Below, piece by piece: positions 51,598 to 64,000 of a DNA stretch of 64,000 nt. The notes under the pieces were generated by a model that did not search any database, was not told the origin of the DNA, and saw nothing but the letters and a program-made list of their open reading frames with translations. Positions within the stretch are counted from its first letter, which is position 1. Each line of letters opens with the position of its first letter. The DNA lies in contig JAWMAR010000293.1 in the NCBI GenBank assembly GCA_036785375.1, positions 930,001-994,000 on the forward strand. The letters run 5' to 3'. The stretch comes from Leucoraja ocellata (lineage: Eukaryota). Made by a program: the position numbers and the translations under genes.

Positions 51598-53203
51598 CAT
51601 GATCATAATCGAGCCATCCACAGTGTACTGCCACACGATAAAGGGAATATTGTGAATTTAGTGCAAGGTAAAGCCAGTAAAGTCTGATCCAAGATAGTCC
51701 GAGGGTCTCCAAATTGGGTAGATAGTAGTTCAGGACTGCCCTCTAGTTGTTGGTAGGCTAGTCTCCATTGTACTTACTTAGAAATGGAGAACCTTTGTTT
51801 AGTGGTGAATTATTTGCCACAGTAATCAAGTCAATGGATATTTTTAAGGCAGAGATGGATATTTTTAATTGGTATGTGTGTCAGGGGTTATGGGGAGAAG
51901 GCAGGAGAATTGGGTTAGGAGGGAAAGACAGATGATTAAATGGTGGGGTAGACTTGATGGGCCGAATGGCTTAATTCTACTCCTATCACTTTTGATCTTA
52001 TGACCTTATGAACCTGGGTGATTTGTTTGGGAAAGGCAGTAAGAGTTCCCAGGGCTTTTCTTGGGGATGTTACTGATTAAATGAGTTATTTTGGTCCAGG
52101 ATTTCCACTTAACTTCCAGTCTATGATTGCATTTGAGCAGGTACTTTGGGGGGGGGAAATCTCTCCCCTCTCCCATGTTGCCCCAGGACACTAAATGGAT
52201 CTCCTGGCTGGGTTTGGAGATTAGGTAAAAGGCAACTTCACCGATTCTTTTATAAAAGAACAAGCTGTAATGTTACCAGTTCTTTTTATCAAAGAACAAA
52301 TGGAGGGATTACACCTGCGGTACACATGTCTCTCAATCCTTCATTTTTCACCCAATAAATCCCCTTTGTGCATCCAAGCATTTTAAGGAACTGCTCCAAT
52401 ATTATATTGGTGGAATCAGCTAGTACAAGTTGTAATGTGCCATGACCATGTTGTGAATGTGTGGAATGAGATGGGGTCATGAGGCCTGCTCCCTGTGCGT
52501 CCCCCCTTTTATGGACACCACCATGACCATCTATAATCTTCTCCAGCTGTCCCAACCTTAGGCAGATATTACTTTTCAAAAGGGATGGGCAGAGGATGAA
52601 GTTGCAAGTTGACAGGCCATGATTAGAACTTTCCTGCCGCAAGACATCTTTGCAATGAACGTATTGCAGTTCTGTACCATCGAATCATAGATTGATACAA
52701 TGTGGAAACGGGCCCTTCAGCCCAACTTGCCCACACTGGCCAACATGTCCCTGCTACACCAGTCCCACCTGTCCATATCCCTCCAAATCTGTCCCATCTA
52801 TGTACCTGTCAAACTGTTTCTTAAATGTTGGGATAGTCCCTGCTTCTCCCGACTCCTCTGCCAGCTTGTTCCATATACCCACCACACTTTGTGTGGAAAA
52901 AGTGGCCTCTCATTTTACTATTAAATTAGATTCCTGTTGTAGAGAGAGTTAATGGGATCGCACGCGAAGCAGCCCAGCTGGGTATGGGTTCCCTGCAGGA
53001 TCACCCAGACTTCAGCCTCTCCTAGCTTCCTCAAAACTGCTTCAAAAGTGGAAGACGTTCTCCCATATTAGAATAGGAATCCTACTCAAGAGGTCCGTGG
53101 AAGCCACTCTAGGTTACCACTCTAACATGGCCCATTATAGTCGAGTAGTCTAGTAATTGAGTTCGGGTTCTGCTCGTTGCTAACATTCATGTCTTGTTCT
53201 TAG

Positions 53204-53345
53204 GTGAGGCTGTGCACCTTGCCCGTGACTTTGGTTACGTGTGCGAGACGGAATTCCCCGCAAAAACAGCTGCAGAGTACCTGACCCGACAGCATATGGA
53301 GCGGAACGAGATCGGCAGCCGGAAGAGCATGCTCCTTGCAGCCAA
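53204..53345 (+). CDS. TFAP2C: TFAP2C-like exon 6, helix-span-helix ([47 protein letters not shown])
   Basis: Branch-point-like CTAAC near 53180, acceptor ttcttag|GT, donor AA|GTAAGT, 142 nt. Confidence 0.96.
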
Positions 53346-54153
53346 GTAAGTGTGGCTGCTACTGGCAGGGCTGGAGGACAGAAATAGGACACGGGGTGTA
53401 ATGTGACCACTGAGCTCATCCTGACCAGTAAATTGTTATTCCCTTAGCTAACATCCCGAGTTTTGTCTCGGTGGTAGATCTATGGTAAGTGGTGGGTCTT
53501 GACAGCATTGCCTTTGATGTCTACCATCACTTTGCTGCAGTTTGAGGCTGAGCTGAGTGGGCAGGAATATTGACTGGATTGGATCAGTCCTACTTCCTGT
53601 GAACAGCACATGCCAGTCATTTTCATATTGACAAGAGGGTGCAGGTGTTTCAAATGTCCTTGGGACGGCTTTGCTGGAGGTGCAGCTAGTTATGGGACAT
53701 AATCCTTCATTGCCACTTTCTATTACCTTTTGCTGTGTCCAGTGCTCTCGGTCATTACTTCAAGTTCCTGGATATGTATTTGTCTGAAGACCTGCCTGAG
53801 CTGGGCCCAGCAGACTGATGCGATCACAAAGGAAGCTCGCCAACACCTCCACTTCTCAGAAGATTGGGGAAATTTGATACATCACCAAATATTCTATTGA
53901 ACCCACATCATGTGTATGGTAGAGAACATACTGATTAGTTGCATCACAGTCTGGTTCAGTAACTCGAATGCCCAAGAATGAAGGAGGCTGCAGGAAGTGG
54001 TGGACCGTTTCTGGTTGTAATCCTATGGAGCATGAACTCCACTTTAGACCCACTAGGACAAATGACCTTTTCCGTTGTATAATTGTTAAGGAGCCACTCT
54101 GTTGCTCTTGGACGAGTTCACTTCTTTAATCACCTTTTTCTGTTTGTTTCCAG

Positions 54154-54445
54154 GCAAATCTTTAAAGAGTTCACTGACATGCTAACCCAAGACCGATCGC
54201 CCTTGGGCAATGCCCGCCCCGGCCCGATCCTGGAACCCGAAATCCAGAGCTGCCTGACCCACTTCAGTCTCATCACGCACGGCTTTGGGAGCCCTGCCAT
54301 ATGCGCTGCCATGTCCTCGCTGCAGAATTACCTGAACGAAGCAGTCAAGACCCTGGACAAAATGTACATGGCCAACAGCAGTGGCCAGAGCCCCCAGGAA
54401 AACCACAATAAAACCCTGGACAAAGATGAAAAGCACAGGAAGTGA
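54154..54445 (+). CDS. TFAP2C: TFAP2C-like terminal exon 7 ([18 protein letters not shown]...[19 protein letters not shown]...[12 protein letters not shown])
   Basis: Acceptor gtttccag|G, stop TGA at 54443-54445. The QSP..NKTL..EKHRK tail is closest to AP-2gamma. The 7 exons sum to 1323 nt in one frame. Paralog identity is less certain (~0.75) than the family call. Confidence 0.95.
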
Positions 54446-57228
54446 GCGGCTGGCATTGAATCCGTGGACTTTACCCTTCCTCTCCCCTTCTTTGCATATG
54501 GGACTACATGAAATTCACCAAACCAGCAACAGCATTGATGGCCAGGGGCTGGATTGAACCTCCTTCTAATTGTGATTTGCAGGGTTGAAGATGTGCACTA
54601 TGCCTACATGATCCACCATTTTATTCATGCTTCAAGTATCAAACCTATCTGGCGCTCTCATCATCATGGCTCCAACTGAGTATCTGGGCCGCTGCCCTCT
54701 TTTGCCGGGGTAACAGTCGATGAAACTGTCTAACTTGCATTGCCAAGGCTATCAGGGACTTGGACTGTTTGTTGAAATCTACAGCTACAAGATATATTCT
54801 GCTCCAGACCCAACTCCCAAGGAAGGCTCCATCGCACTGCACCACAAGTGATGACACCAAACCTCTTCCATCCTGTGGTGTTCGGTTGGTGAGAGGGAGC
54901 TGGGAAGAGAAAGGGAGAAACTACTAGCCTTTGATGAAGCAATATGTGGTTTCGTTTTATGTAACCTGTTGACTTGCACTGTACCTGGCATGGCTGTCTC
55001 CCAGTTATGTAGTTGTGCTGATGTTGTCCAGATAAAGATTAGCAGAGAGATTCCCAGCTCTGCTGATATCCTACGTCAGGGAAATAGGGTGGAGGCCTTA
55101 AGGAAGATGAGAAGATAAATCCGACAGACAACACATGAAAGCTTGTAGTCACCAGATCGTCCAGTAATACCTACGGTCAGTAGCCCCCTTGTCTGTCTCT
55201 GAATCAGAAATTTGACACCCACACTTTGCTGGTTATCACCATATTAGACTGGATCACACTGAGTTGCAAACACACAGGGGCTGCATACCAGGCTTTAGTT
55301 AGGCGGAAGCCTCTGTACAAAATTAGGGTGGTGGCAAGCAGAATCTTAAATAACCAGCACCCATTAGCAGTGGAGCCCAGCTGGTTGAACTTGTGCTTTG
55401 AGCAGTTTGATTCCAACTCTTAATAAATGCACAGATTGAATCTACATTCCACACAAAGGTCAAAAAGGAAGGTTTTGGTCTTTGGTGCTTTCTTGTCTCT
55501 TCTCCTTGCACACCACTGGGTTTGAACAACCCCTTTGGACAACCTACTACTGGTCTTTATTCAGGGACTTACAACTTATCTGCGCCCTGGGCACAATCCA
55601 GACACCTGTCATTTTCAAACTTGGGCTGTAGAAAGAAACATTCACTCTATCTAATTACAAGGGGGGGGGGGGGGGGGCTACAGAACAAACTAAAAACATT
55701 CATTGTTTTTAACAAAGTGTAATGATTTGAAAGCTCTGCTTGAGCCAGAGTGGGGAGTCCATTGGCAGATGACACTAACATTGACTCATTTACTGTCACT
55801 CCTTCGAGCTCTGCTGCTAGGATCTTAAGGTGGGTTTGATCTTTTTTAATTAACTCCTGTTCCACAGGTGAGTGCAGGCATGGTTTTTTTTTTTTTTTTT
55901 AAATCAGCATGTTTGAGATAGAATTATTGGTAGGGAAGAGCAATAGTTGAGAGATTTGTGTGAGGCTTTAACCTGTTTACATAAACTGGTCAGGACAGTC
56001 TGGTTAATGCAGCCAAATGAGTCACAGAGTCCTATAGTGTGGAAACAGGCCCTTCCACCCAACTTGTCCATATCAGCCAACATGTCCCATCTACACTAGT
56101 CCCACCTGCCTGCATTTGGCCTATATCCCTCTAAAACTGTCCCAATTCATGTACCTGCCTAAATGTTTCTTGAACGTTGTAATAGTACCTGCCTCAACTA
56201 CCTCCTCCGGCAGCCCATTCCATATTCCCACCAGCCTTTGTGTGGAAAAACTAACTGCGCAAACATATAATGTGTCTGCTATTGGCAATAGTTTCTGGGT
56301 TTTCCTGCCATTTTATAATGTGCTACTCGTATTCATAAAAACTTCTGTTCAATCTACTGCTAAGTTTTTAATTCGGCCATTAAATCTGCAAAACCAAGCG
56401 ATCTTACAGCAATGAACAGGAACGGCTGTGCAGCTCAACGTTGTTCGATGCCTAATGATCCTGGCTTTGGTTTTGGGAAGCAAGGTACACGCTCTCGCAT
56501 CAGCTCTGAACAAAACTGTAACTTACCTGTGACCTTTCTGCGAAAAGTCTGTGGGCGAAACTCCCCTCGATCCTTGTCTTGACCCTGCCGAATGATTTTC
56601 CTCATCCTTGTCGCCAATCGATCATTTATTGTCTGGAGGCTCCACTTGGTCCAGTTACAAATTTACTTGAAATTTAGGTTGCAATTCACCTTCCAGTCTT
56701 CAGTAGAGTTTCCTTCACAGGGTAAATAGGGTAACAAGGGAACATTGTTCTGAATGTACATATTTATTTATGTGTAATTTAATGGGTAATGTAAATATGG
56801 TGCAACATTGAAATCTTTTTTTTAAAAAAAAGCTTGTTTACCTCTTGTATATAGGGTTAAGTCTTTCCATTTTCATATTATTATGGAGAAGTGTTTCCCT
56901 GGTAATGGGTAAGCTGAGATATAAATTCCTTTATCATTCCTGCATAATTACAACAGGAAGTAATGTAAAACAGGGTATTTAAATATGTCCAAGGTGCGGT
57001 GTGCCTGAAAGTGTGTTCTTCCTCAAGACTCGCCCAACTCTTTGGGAGGTGGGCGGAAAGCAATAATTATTCTCGGTGTGAGTTGTAAAGTACTTTCTTT
57101 CTATAAATCCAGTGGGACAGTTTTTCTTAAAACTCTTGTCAGTGAATTTTAAGCGAATGGATGTCTAGATGCAGTTTCTGAAATGTGGATTTAGTGTCTG
57201 TTCTGTAATATAATGTCAAATCAGAAAG

Positions 57229-57234
57229 AATAAA
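57229..57234 (+). terminator. Candidate distal polyadenylation signal (AATAAA)
   Basis: AATAAA followed by U/GU-rich sequence, downstream of an AU-rich UTR-like block at 56750-56900. A proximal AATAAA is at 55422-55427. Confidence 0.5.
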
Positions 57235-60194
57235 GATGATATTCTGAATTTAAAGCCGTCTCTGCAACATATCTGTTTTTTCATTCAGTAATGTGGTACT
57301 GTGAACTGGCTCATTTCAAAGACTGGTGGGGGAGATCATGCGAGTGCTGGTTAGATTGCAGAGACAATGACTATGTATTGATGGATAGTGGTGAAATGGA
57401 AAGTTAGTGGCTGCTCCAAAATTAAATCCCTGGGCTTTTGTAGTATTTTGCCTTCCAGCCAGCCAAATTTCTGCATGCAAGCAATCTGGGTATGACGTGA
57501 TCTCGGAAGCTCCTGGTTTTGGGAAGGACATGTGTGCAACATGTTCCAACTTTTCCAAATGTTGCATCTATAACGCTGTTAACTTGCCTGCCTAGGTCAC
57601 CTTGACCCCGAGTACTCTTACTGCCTGCTCAGCAGGGCTGGTTTAAAAGTCAGAACACCAGGTATGTGATTTTTAACCAGTTTCCATTTAAAATGGTAAC
57701 CACTGCCAAAGATAAATACAGGATCATCTTTGGTAGTGTGGAAAATGATGTTCTAACACCTTCTGCCTTCACCTATTATCCTCTAGATGAATCAATTAAG
57801 CCCAATTTCATTGACCTATATGCTTGTCAGTACACCCGGCAACAGCTAATCATTTGCAAACTGTTCGTGGGAATGTAACCGGCTCTGACTCAACTCCGAG
57901 ACATAATTGAAAGAGTCAATGACAAAGTCGTCAATGACTGATTCATCCTCGCATGTCGAAACTTGAAAGTGTTGTGTGTGTGTAATAGAATGTGGTCACC
58001 ATTGACATGGCCCCATTGTATTTGGGGGGGATGGCGAATTTACTCTAATGAATTTTGACCCAGTGTTGATGAACCAATATATTTCAGTTCCAGTTAATAG
58101 TGTTCTCCTAGATGTTTATACTAAGCCATTTGGTGAATGTAACATTACAGAGTGTCTTGATACAAAGACACAATTTATAACATTCTGGACAGAAAATTAG
58201 CATTTCCAGTAATGTTTTGCATTATTTTCCAGGTAAGGATTCTGCTTTTCCCACTCGCATCTTTGCACTGGCCATTTTGTTTTATTTGTCTCATTACCAC
58301 TCCCTTTCACCTTCAATGTCACCTCACATTTCATCTTTTCTGTTCTTCTCCCCACTTCAAAACCTCCCATTCATTTTCCACACCCTTTCTCTCCCTTTGC
58401 AACCTAAAAGCAATTTATTTCTTGATTTTCCCAGTGTTGGAAATATTTACCCATTTCCTCTGTGATGTGTTATTCCACTTTCCTCCTGTTGTTTCTAATT
58501 AACTTCTCACCTTTGACCTCTGGTTAGTCTTTTTTATAAGGGGACGTTTCCAAAGTTTAGAAGGTTGGCTAATTGATCTAATCAAGATGTTTTAAATGTA
58601 TGCTTCAATATGCAGTAGATAATGGAAAAAATGTATTTCCTCTGATGCCAGAGGTTATAAAATGTTAAGAGCTGGGCCAATTGTGACATTTCACACAGCA
58701 CTGTAAGAACACAGAATTTACCATCAGTGTGTGGTTCAATGGTGCGTTATTGTCACGTATGCAAAGTGCAAACGCACAGCAAATTATTTACTTTTACAGT
58801 TCGGTAGATTAACCCTCCCAATTATCACATTGTACAGAAATAGTCTACTGAGGCTGCATGCAAGAGGCGCCTTGTCTACGCTCCAGTTGTTAAGAACGGT
58901 GCCTGATTCAGGCAAGCTCCAGGCAGCTACAGGGCCTCCAACCGTCACCTTCCTCCTTCGACCAGCAACCGGTGTCCTCTCCTCACCCGTCCTCTCTGGT
59001 TCCCTGGGGGAGCCACCCGCAGCCGACCTCGAGGGCACGTTAGGCTAGAGTCTGGTTCCCTCTCCCGTCCTATCGGCCTCTCTCCTCTCCCATCATGTTT
59101 GTCGTCGTTACTGACTCCATTTTCCCATCACCTCCTGTTACTTGCTGCCAAGGACTTGTATGCCTCGTTTGCAGAATCAGTCCCTCAACCCATTGGGGAG
59201 AGCTTATGGAGTATAGATGCTATGGATGTAAACCCCATCAGGTAGTTGGGCCAATAACAAGCCCCCACACACAAGTACACTGACTGACAATGTGGACCGC
59301 AGGCTGAATCACTCTCCCAGCTCACCCGGATGTACAAAAACTTTGATCACTAAGGATTTTCAAAAAACAAACATTTGAAAGCCATTAAAAGTTGCTCAAT
59401 GATTATAATTTTTAATCTTATAAACAAAAATGGTATTCAGCATTATCCAATGTAATCCTCATGTGCTGCCTGATTGTGAATTCCTTACTTGGCCACCACA
59501 TATTTTCGAGTGGGAGTCATTGTATAAAAAAATAACAAGCGGGAATGATGTCCAACCTTTGGTTTCCTCCTTCCTCTGGCCAGTTATGTTGTCCTCTTGC
59601 CCTTCTGCCTGACATCTGCATAGGCCACTGAAGTGATTGAACTACATGAACTAAAGCGGAGATTTTTTGTCTTTTGAATCCCCACGAGCCGATGACCCTG
59701 TTTAGTATTGATGCGGAATTCCCTCTGCTCCCACCCCTCCCATCCCTGCTCCAGTCCCCTCCATCCATAAGGTGACCAGATGGCATGGAAGCCGCTTAAC
59801 TCTTCGGATGTAACTAATTTGCAAAGCTCAATGGGAGGCAAAGCCACAACCAGATCAGCAGGAAGCCTGGCCTTGTGGTTTAGGAGTGACCTCCTGTGCG
59901 GAAATGATATCACTCTCTAAAAGTCTGGAAAGGCTGGGCCTCTTCCTCCAGAAGAATATGATGGGGGCTTTAGATGAGCTTATAAATAACTGAGAAATCA
60001 GACGTTAATAAGATACTTCTAGCTGAAGGATAAATAAAATGAAGGACAGTAAATATGCGAGTTAAACTTTAATGAATTATGTTTTATGAAGTGGTGATTG
60101 GAATAGTAAACAGACAACTGCACAGTGCAGTTAAATCCCAGGAATGTGATAGTGCAGGTTGTGGGTGTTTGGTGCTCTGAGCTGGCACAGTGGA

Positions 60195-60491
60195 GGCACA
60201 GCGGCACAGTGCGGATGGCAGTAGAGTTGCTGCCTTACAGTGCCAGAGGCCTGGGTTCGATCCTGACTACGGGTGCTATCTCGATGGAGTTTCTACGTTC
60301 TCCCTGTGACAATATGGGTTTTCTCCGGGTGCTCCAGTTTCCTCCCACACTCCAAAGATGTGCAGGTTTGTAGGTTAATTGGCTTCTGTAAATTGTCCCT
60401 ACTGTGTAGGATCGAACTAGTGCATGGGGATCGTTGGACACGGTAGGCCAAAGGGCCTGTTTTGCATGATGTACCTCTAAACTAAACTAAA
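60195..60491 (+). mobile_element. V-SINE (HE1-like). Other copies at ~14540-14670, 16120-16215, 24525-24870, 31950-32250, 35160-35680, 36480-36790 (+) and 27495-27850, 28135-28765, 39000-39280, 45200-45460, 50125-50382 (-)
   Basis: A/B boxes, V-domain and tail as above. Confidence 0.8.
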
Positions 60492-61842
60492 GCCTCTGTA
60501 GTCTCCTGATAATTTTTCCCATGGATCACTGATTCACCTAATGACTTGGATGTACAGGTAACAATTTCTAAGGTTTGCTGATGACACAATTTAGAGACAT
60601 GAAATGTGAGGAGGTCTCAAGGAGTAAAGGACAGAGGTGGTGCATGAAATTTAATGTGAAGTGTAACATTTTTGCAGGACGAACAGGTGGCAATATAAAC
60701 TAGATTGCACAACTCTAAAAAAGGAGACACAGTCAACTGCAGATGCTGGAATCTTGAGCTAAACACAAGCTGCTGGAGTGACTCAGCAGGTCAAGCAGTA
60801 CTTGGAAAGAATGGACTGTTGACATCTCGGGTCGGGGCCCTTCTTCAGACTGGAAGTCCCAACTTGAAACTGTGCCTGTTCATTCCCTCCGCAGACACTG
60901 CCTGACCTGCTGAGTTCTTCCAGCACTGTGTTTAGCTCTAAAAGGAATACAAGAACAGAGTGATCTGAGTAGATATGTTCGTAGGCAGGTTGAAATACGG
61001 GTTTAAAAGAGGTACATGGGCTTTATAAATAAACAGAAATGAAGGTAATCATGAGTAACCTTAATAAAATACAATCTTAGCCACTGCTGGGTAAGTATGT
61101 CCAATTCTGGATGCTGCACTTTATGGGAGGGGGTGCAGATATGTGGCTAGCTGGAATACCTGGAGTAGGTATAGATATAAAGGACTGAATGGCCTCCTAT
61201 GTTGTAGCCAGTGTGTGAAACTGTAATTGGAAATGTCCCTCCTAAAGCCCCTGTCCCACTTAGGATTAAAGAAGATCCAGAGAGGTTTGTATCAATTGAT
61301 TCCAGGAATGTGGCACTTCGGTTACATGGCTAGATTGGAAAAGATGGAATTGTCCTGCCATGAACAATGATAATGGTATTTAAACTCATCACGAGTATAG
61401 GTATAGAGTGAAACTGTTTCTAACGATGGAGGGGTTGTGATCTAAGTGATACGACAAAGGTGATCGGCAGATAGTATGAAAATTAACAAGAGGTAATATC
61501 TTTCTATTGATTGAGTGGTTAGAATCAGGAATGCAGTGCTGAATTTGTTATGCAGACAGATTGCATTGATGTGCGTGAAACTCTATTTCTGAGTGTACCT
61601 GATGATCACGAATGTCTGAAAACCATGAATTACTCAAAGGTTTATCTTTTTTTAAATTAGACAATGCAACTTCATCCAAATTTGCCCTGAGAGAGCTGGA
61701 TAATAATTTGAAAGGAAGCAATGGGAGGGGTGCAGATATGTGGCTAGCTGGAATACCTGGAGTAGGTATAGATATAAAGGACTGAATGGCCTCCTATGTT
61801 GTAGCCAGTGTGTGAAACTGCAATTGGAAATGTCCCTCCTAA

Positions 61843-62285
61843 AGCCCCTGTCCCACTTAGGAAACCTGAACGGAAACCTCTGGAGACCTTGCGCCCCACC
61901 CAAGGTTTCCGTGAGGTTCCCGGAGGTTTTGGTCACTCTCCCTAATGGTCGAAAGTGGTTTCCGCGTAGTCAAACTTCTTCTATGTACCGGCGATTATTT
62001 CAAAAAATTAAAAACCGGCCTAGACTAGGTTGCTGGTAGTGGAAAGTAAGACATTTTTTTTAACCCAGTTTTATGCCACCAGGGAGGTCTTACCTTCCAC
62101 TACCTGCAACCTCCGGTAACCACCTTCAACTAGCATCGCAACTGGCTTCGACTGAAAAATTACCAATTTTTAAAACGGCAACCTATTTTTAGTCGATGCC
62201 GGTTTTGAATTTTCTGAAATAACCTTGGGTGGGGTGCAAGGTCTCCAGTGGTTTCCATTCTGGTTTCCTAAGTGGGACTGGGGCT
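61843..62285. mobile_element. Longer (~443 bp) member of the same MITE family
   Basis: TAA|AGCCCCTGTCCCACTTAGG...CCTAAGTGGGACTGGGGCT|TAA, with extra internal inverted segments. Confidence 0.85.
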
Positions 62286-63489
62286 TAACACCCCCCTCCA
62301 CAGGGCACGTGTGATAGTGATAGGATTAGCAGCACTTGCGGGATGGGTGCATCTCCAACGACACCAAAGTAGCTAATTATTATCAAAGATTAAGCTCAGC
62401 TTGGTTGGAAATCTTCTCTCCTTCCATCATAGATTCTCTGCTGCTGGAGCAAGTAAGTTAATGAAGGCAACATCAAAGATGTAGTCAATATCAACTTCAA
62501 AGCTTTTGTCATCTATTTCAACTATCTGGATGAGAATGATCAAGGCATAATTAGTAAGTTTGCTGATGGCAACAAAATATGCGGCTTTGTAGAGCGTGCA
62601 GATACTTATCAGTGGGATCTTGATCAGTGGGCAAGTGGGCCGACGAATGACAAATGGGGTTCAATTTAGATTAGTCGGGTGTTAAATTTTTGTAAGTCAA
62701 ATCAGGACAGAACTTTCCCATTGAATGTAAGACCTTTGGGAATGTTGTAGAACAGAGGGATCTTGGAGTGATAGGTTGAGAGTTTTAGAAGGCTTGTTAT
62801 GTTGGCCATCATCAATTAGGGAGTTGCGTGAAGTAGCTAGACTTTCTGTTACAGTTGTACACGATTTAGTGAGGCTGCAATCATCAAATGATCTCAAGGT
62901 GGGTTTACTGTCAGGTTCGCATGTACAATGAGGTACAGGTACAACGAAACCCTTGCTTGTAGCAGCATCACAACCCATGACTAAAACAACAGACAAAAAC
63001 ATAAATTCTGCAAGGCAGGGGAAAGTGCATCAAACAAGACATTAGTACAACACACCATTAGAAAAGACAAGATCAAGGTATTGTACGGGATGGTCTGTTG
63101 CTGAGATATGATTAAGGTTGTGCTGGCAAGTTCAAGAACCTGGTCATGTGGGATTTCAGGTGTCTGTACCTCCTGCCCAATGGTAGCAGCGAGAAGAGGG
63201 AATATCCCAGATGTTGGGCATCCTTGATGAGAGATGTCTCCTTCATGTAAATGCTGTCAATAGCAGAGAGGGCTGTACCTGTGATGGACTGTGCTGGATT
63301 CACCGATCTTTGCAGCCTTTTGTATTCTTGGGCATTGGAATTGCCATACCAGGCCATGATGCAACCTGTCGGTCAAGGTGCAGGCTATTGAGCTGGTAAC
63401 TCTTGGCAGAGTTGTGTCACTTGATACTGAATCTGCTAGGGGAGGGAGGGTAAATGAGACACCCTTTTAATGGCACCATCATGTGGCCT

Positions 63490-64000
63490 GAAACTCAACT
63501 TGGTTGACAGAGCGCAAGTGTTGGGCGGAATGGTCGCCTGGTCTACGTTTGGTCTTGGGAGAGAGACTACATCAGGAGATCCAAATCAGTTGATGAGTTT
63601 GGAAGAGGTGCATGTGAACACCTGTCTCACCTGGAAGGGCTACTGGGGTCTCTGGATGGAGGTGAGAGAGGAAGTGCAAAGGTACAGGATAAAGAAGAGG
63701 CGATTGGCTGAGAAATTGAACGTTTCTGAAATTGTGAAGAAGGCGTGAGATGTCTCGCTTGCATTTCAGATGGGATTGGATGAGAAAGGGGACAAGATAG
63801 AATGGAGGTATTTGGAGATGGGGTAGAAGCAGGTAGAAACAATGGGTCTGCCAGGGTAGTCCTACTTGTGGACTTTGGCAAGGGGATAGAAGACTGTCCT
63901 GGTACATTCACTGGTAGACAGCACCTCACATTCGCTTTGGTAGCTTAGCCCGATAATATGAAAATTAACTTCTCCAATTTCAATTAGTATCCTTACCTCC
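63490..64000. mobile_element. Old Penelope-like ORF fragments in inverted arrangement (minus ~63490-63910, plus ~63918-63990)
   Basis: Minus strand reads TKRRPGDHSAQHLRSV-like and FQVRQVFTCTSSN-like. The plus fragment resembles the QHL.F...NFSNF end seen near 21890-21950. Confidence 0.6.

Noticed and set aside
58731-59090. Possible exon of a second gene downstream
   Set aside because: GC-rich patch with no recognisable protein motif or consistent splice sites; more likely a repeat remnant.

Overview
This is eukaryotic (vertebrate) DNA. The repeat content (HE1/V-SINE-like SINEs, CR1, Rex1/Babar, Penelope-like elements) suggests a cartilaginous fish, probably a skate or ray; that assignment is an inference. 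The window holds one complete + strand protein-coding gene: a 7-exon AP-2 transcription factor, most like TFAP2C (CDS 8367-54445, 1323 nt, 440 aa, all introns GT-AG and phase-consistent). It has a CpG-rich promoter, a TE-filled 26-kb intron 3 and a probable ~2.8-kb 3' UTR. Most other ORFs in the track are repeat-derived or spurious. The most notable non-genic signal is a dense set of short Penelope-like (PLE) derivatives. They carry a minimal type-I hammerhead-ribozyme motif (best copy 7708-7743, ~630 bp upstream of the ATG) and often sit as TSD-flanked foldback hairpins, several with the fold centre in the ribozyme stem II/GAAAC region. Also present are PIF/Harbinger-like MITEs (one with an internal 20-bp minisatellite), a back-to-back CR1 pair, a templated local duplication ending in a MITE terminus, and a cluster of three Pumilio elements in the inferred 3' UTR. 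Repeat coordinates are approximate and were read by eye.
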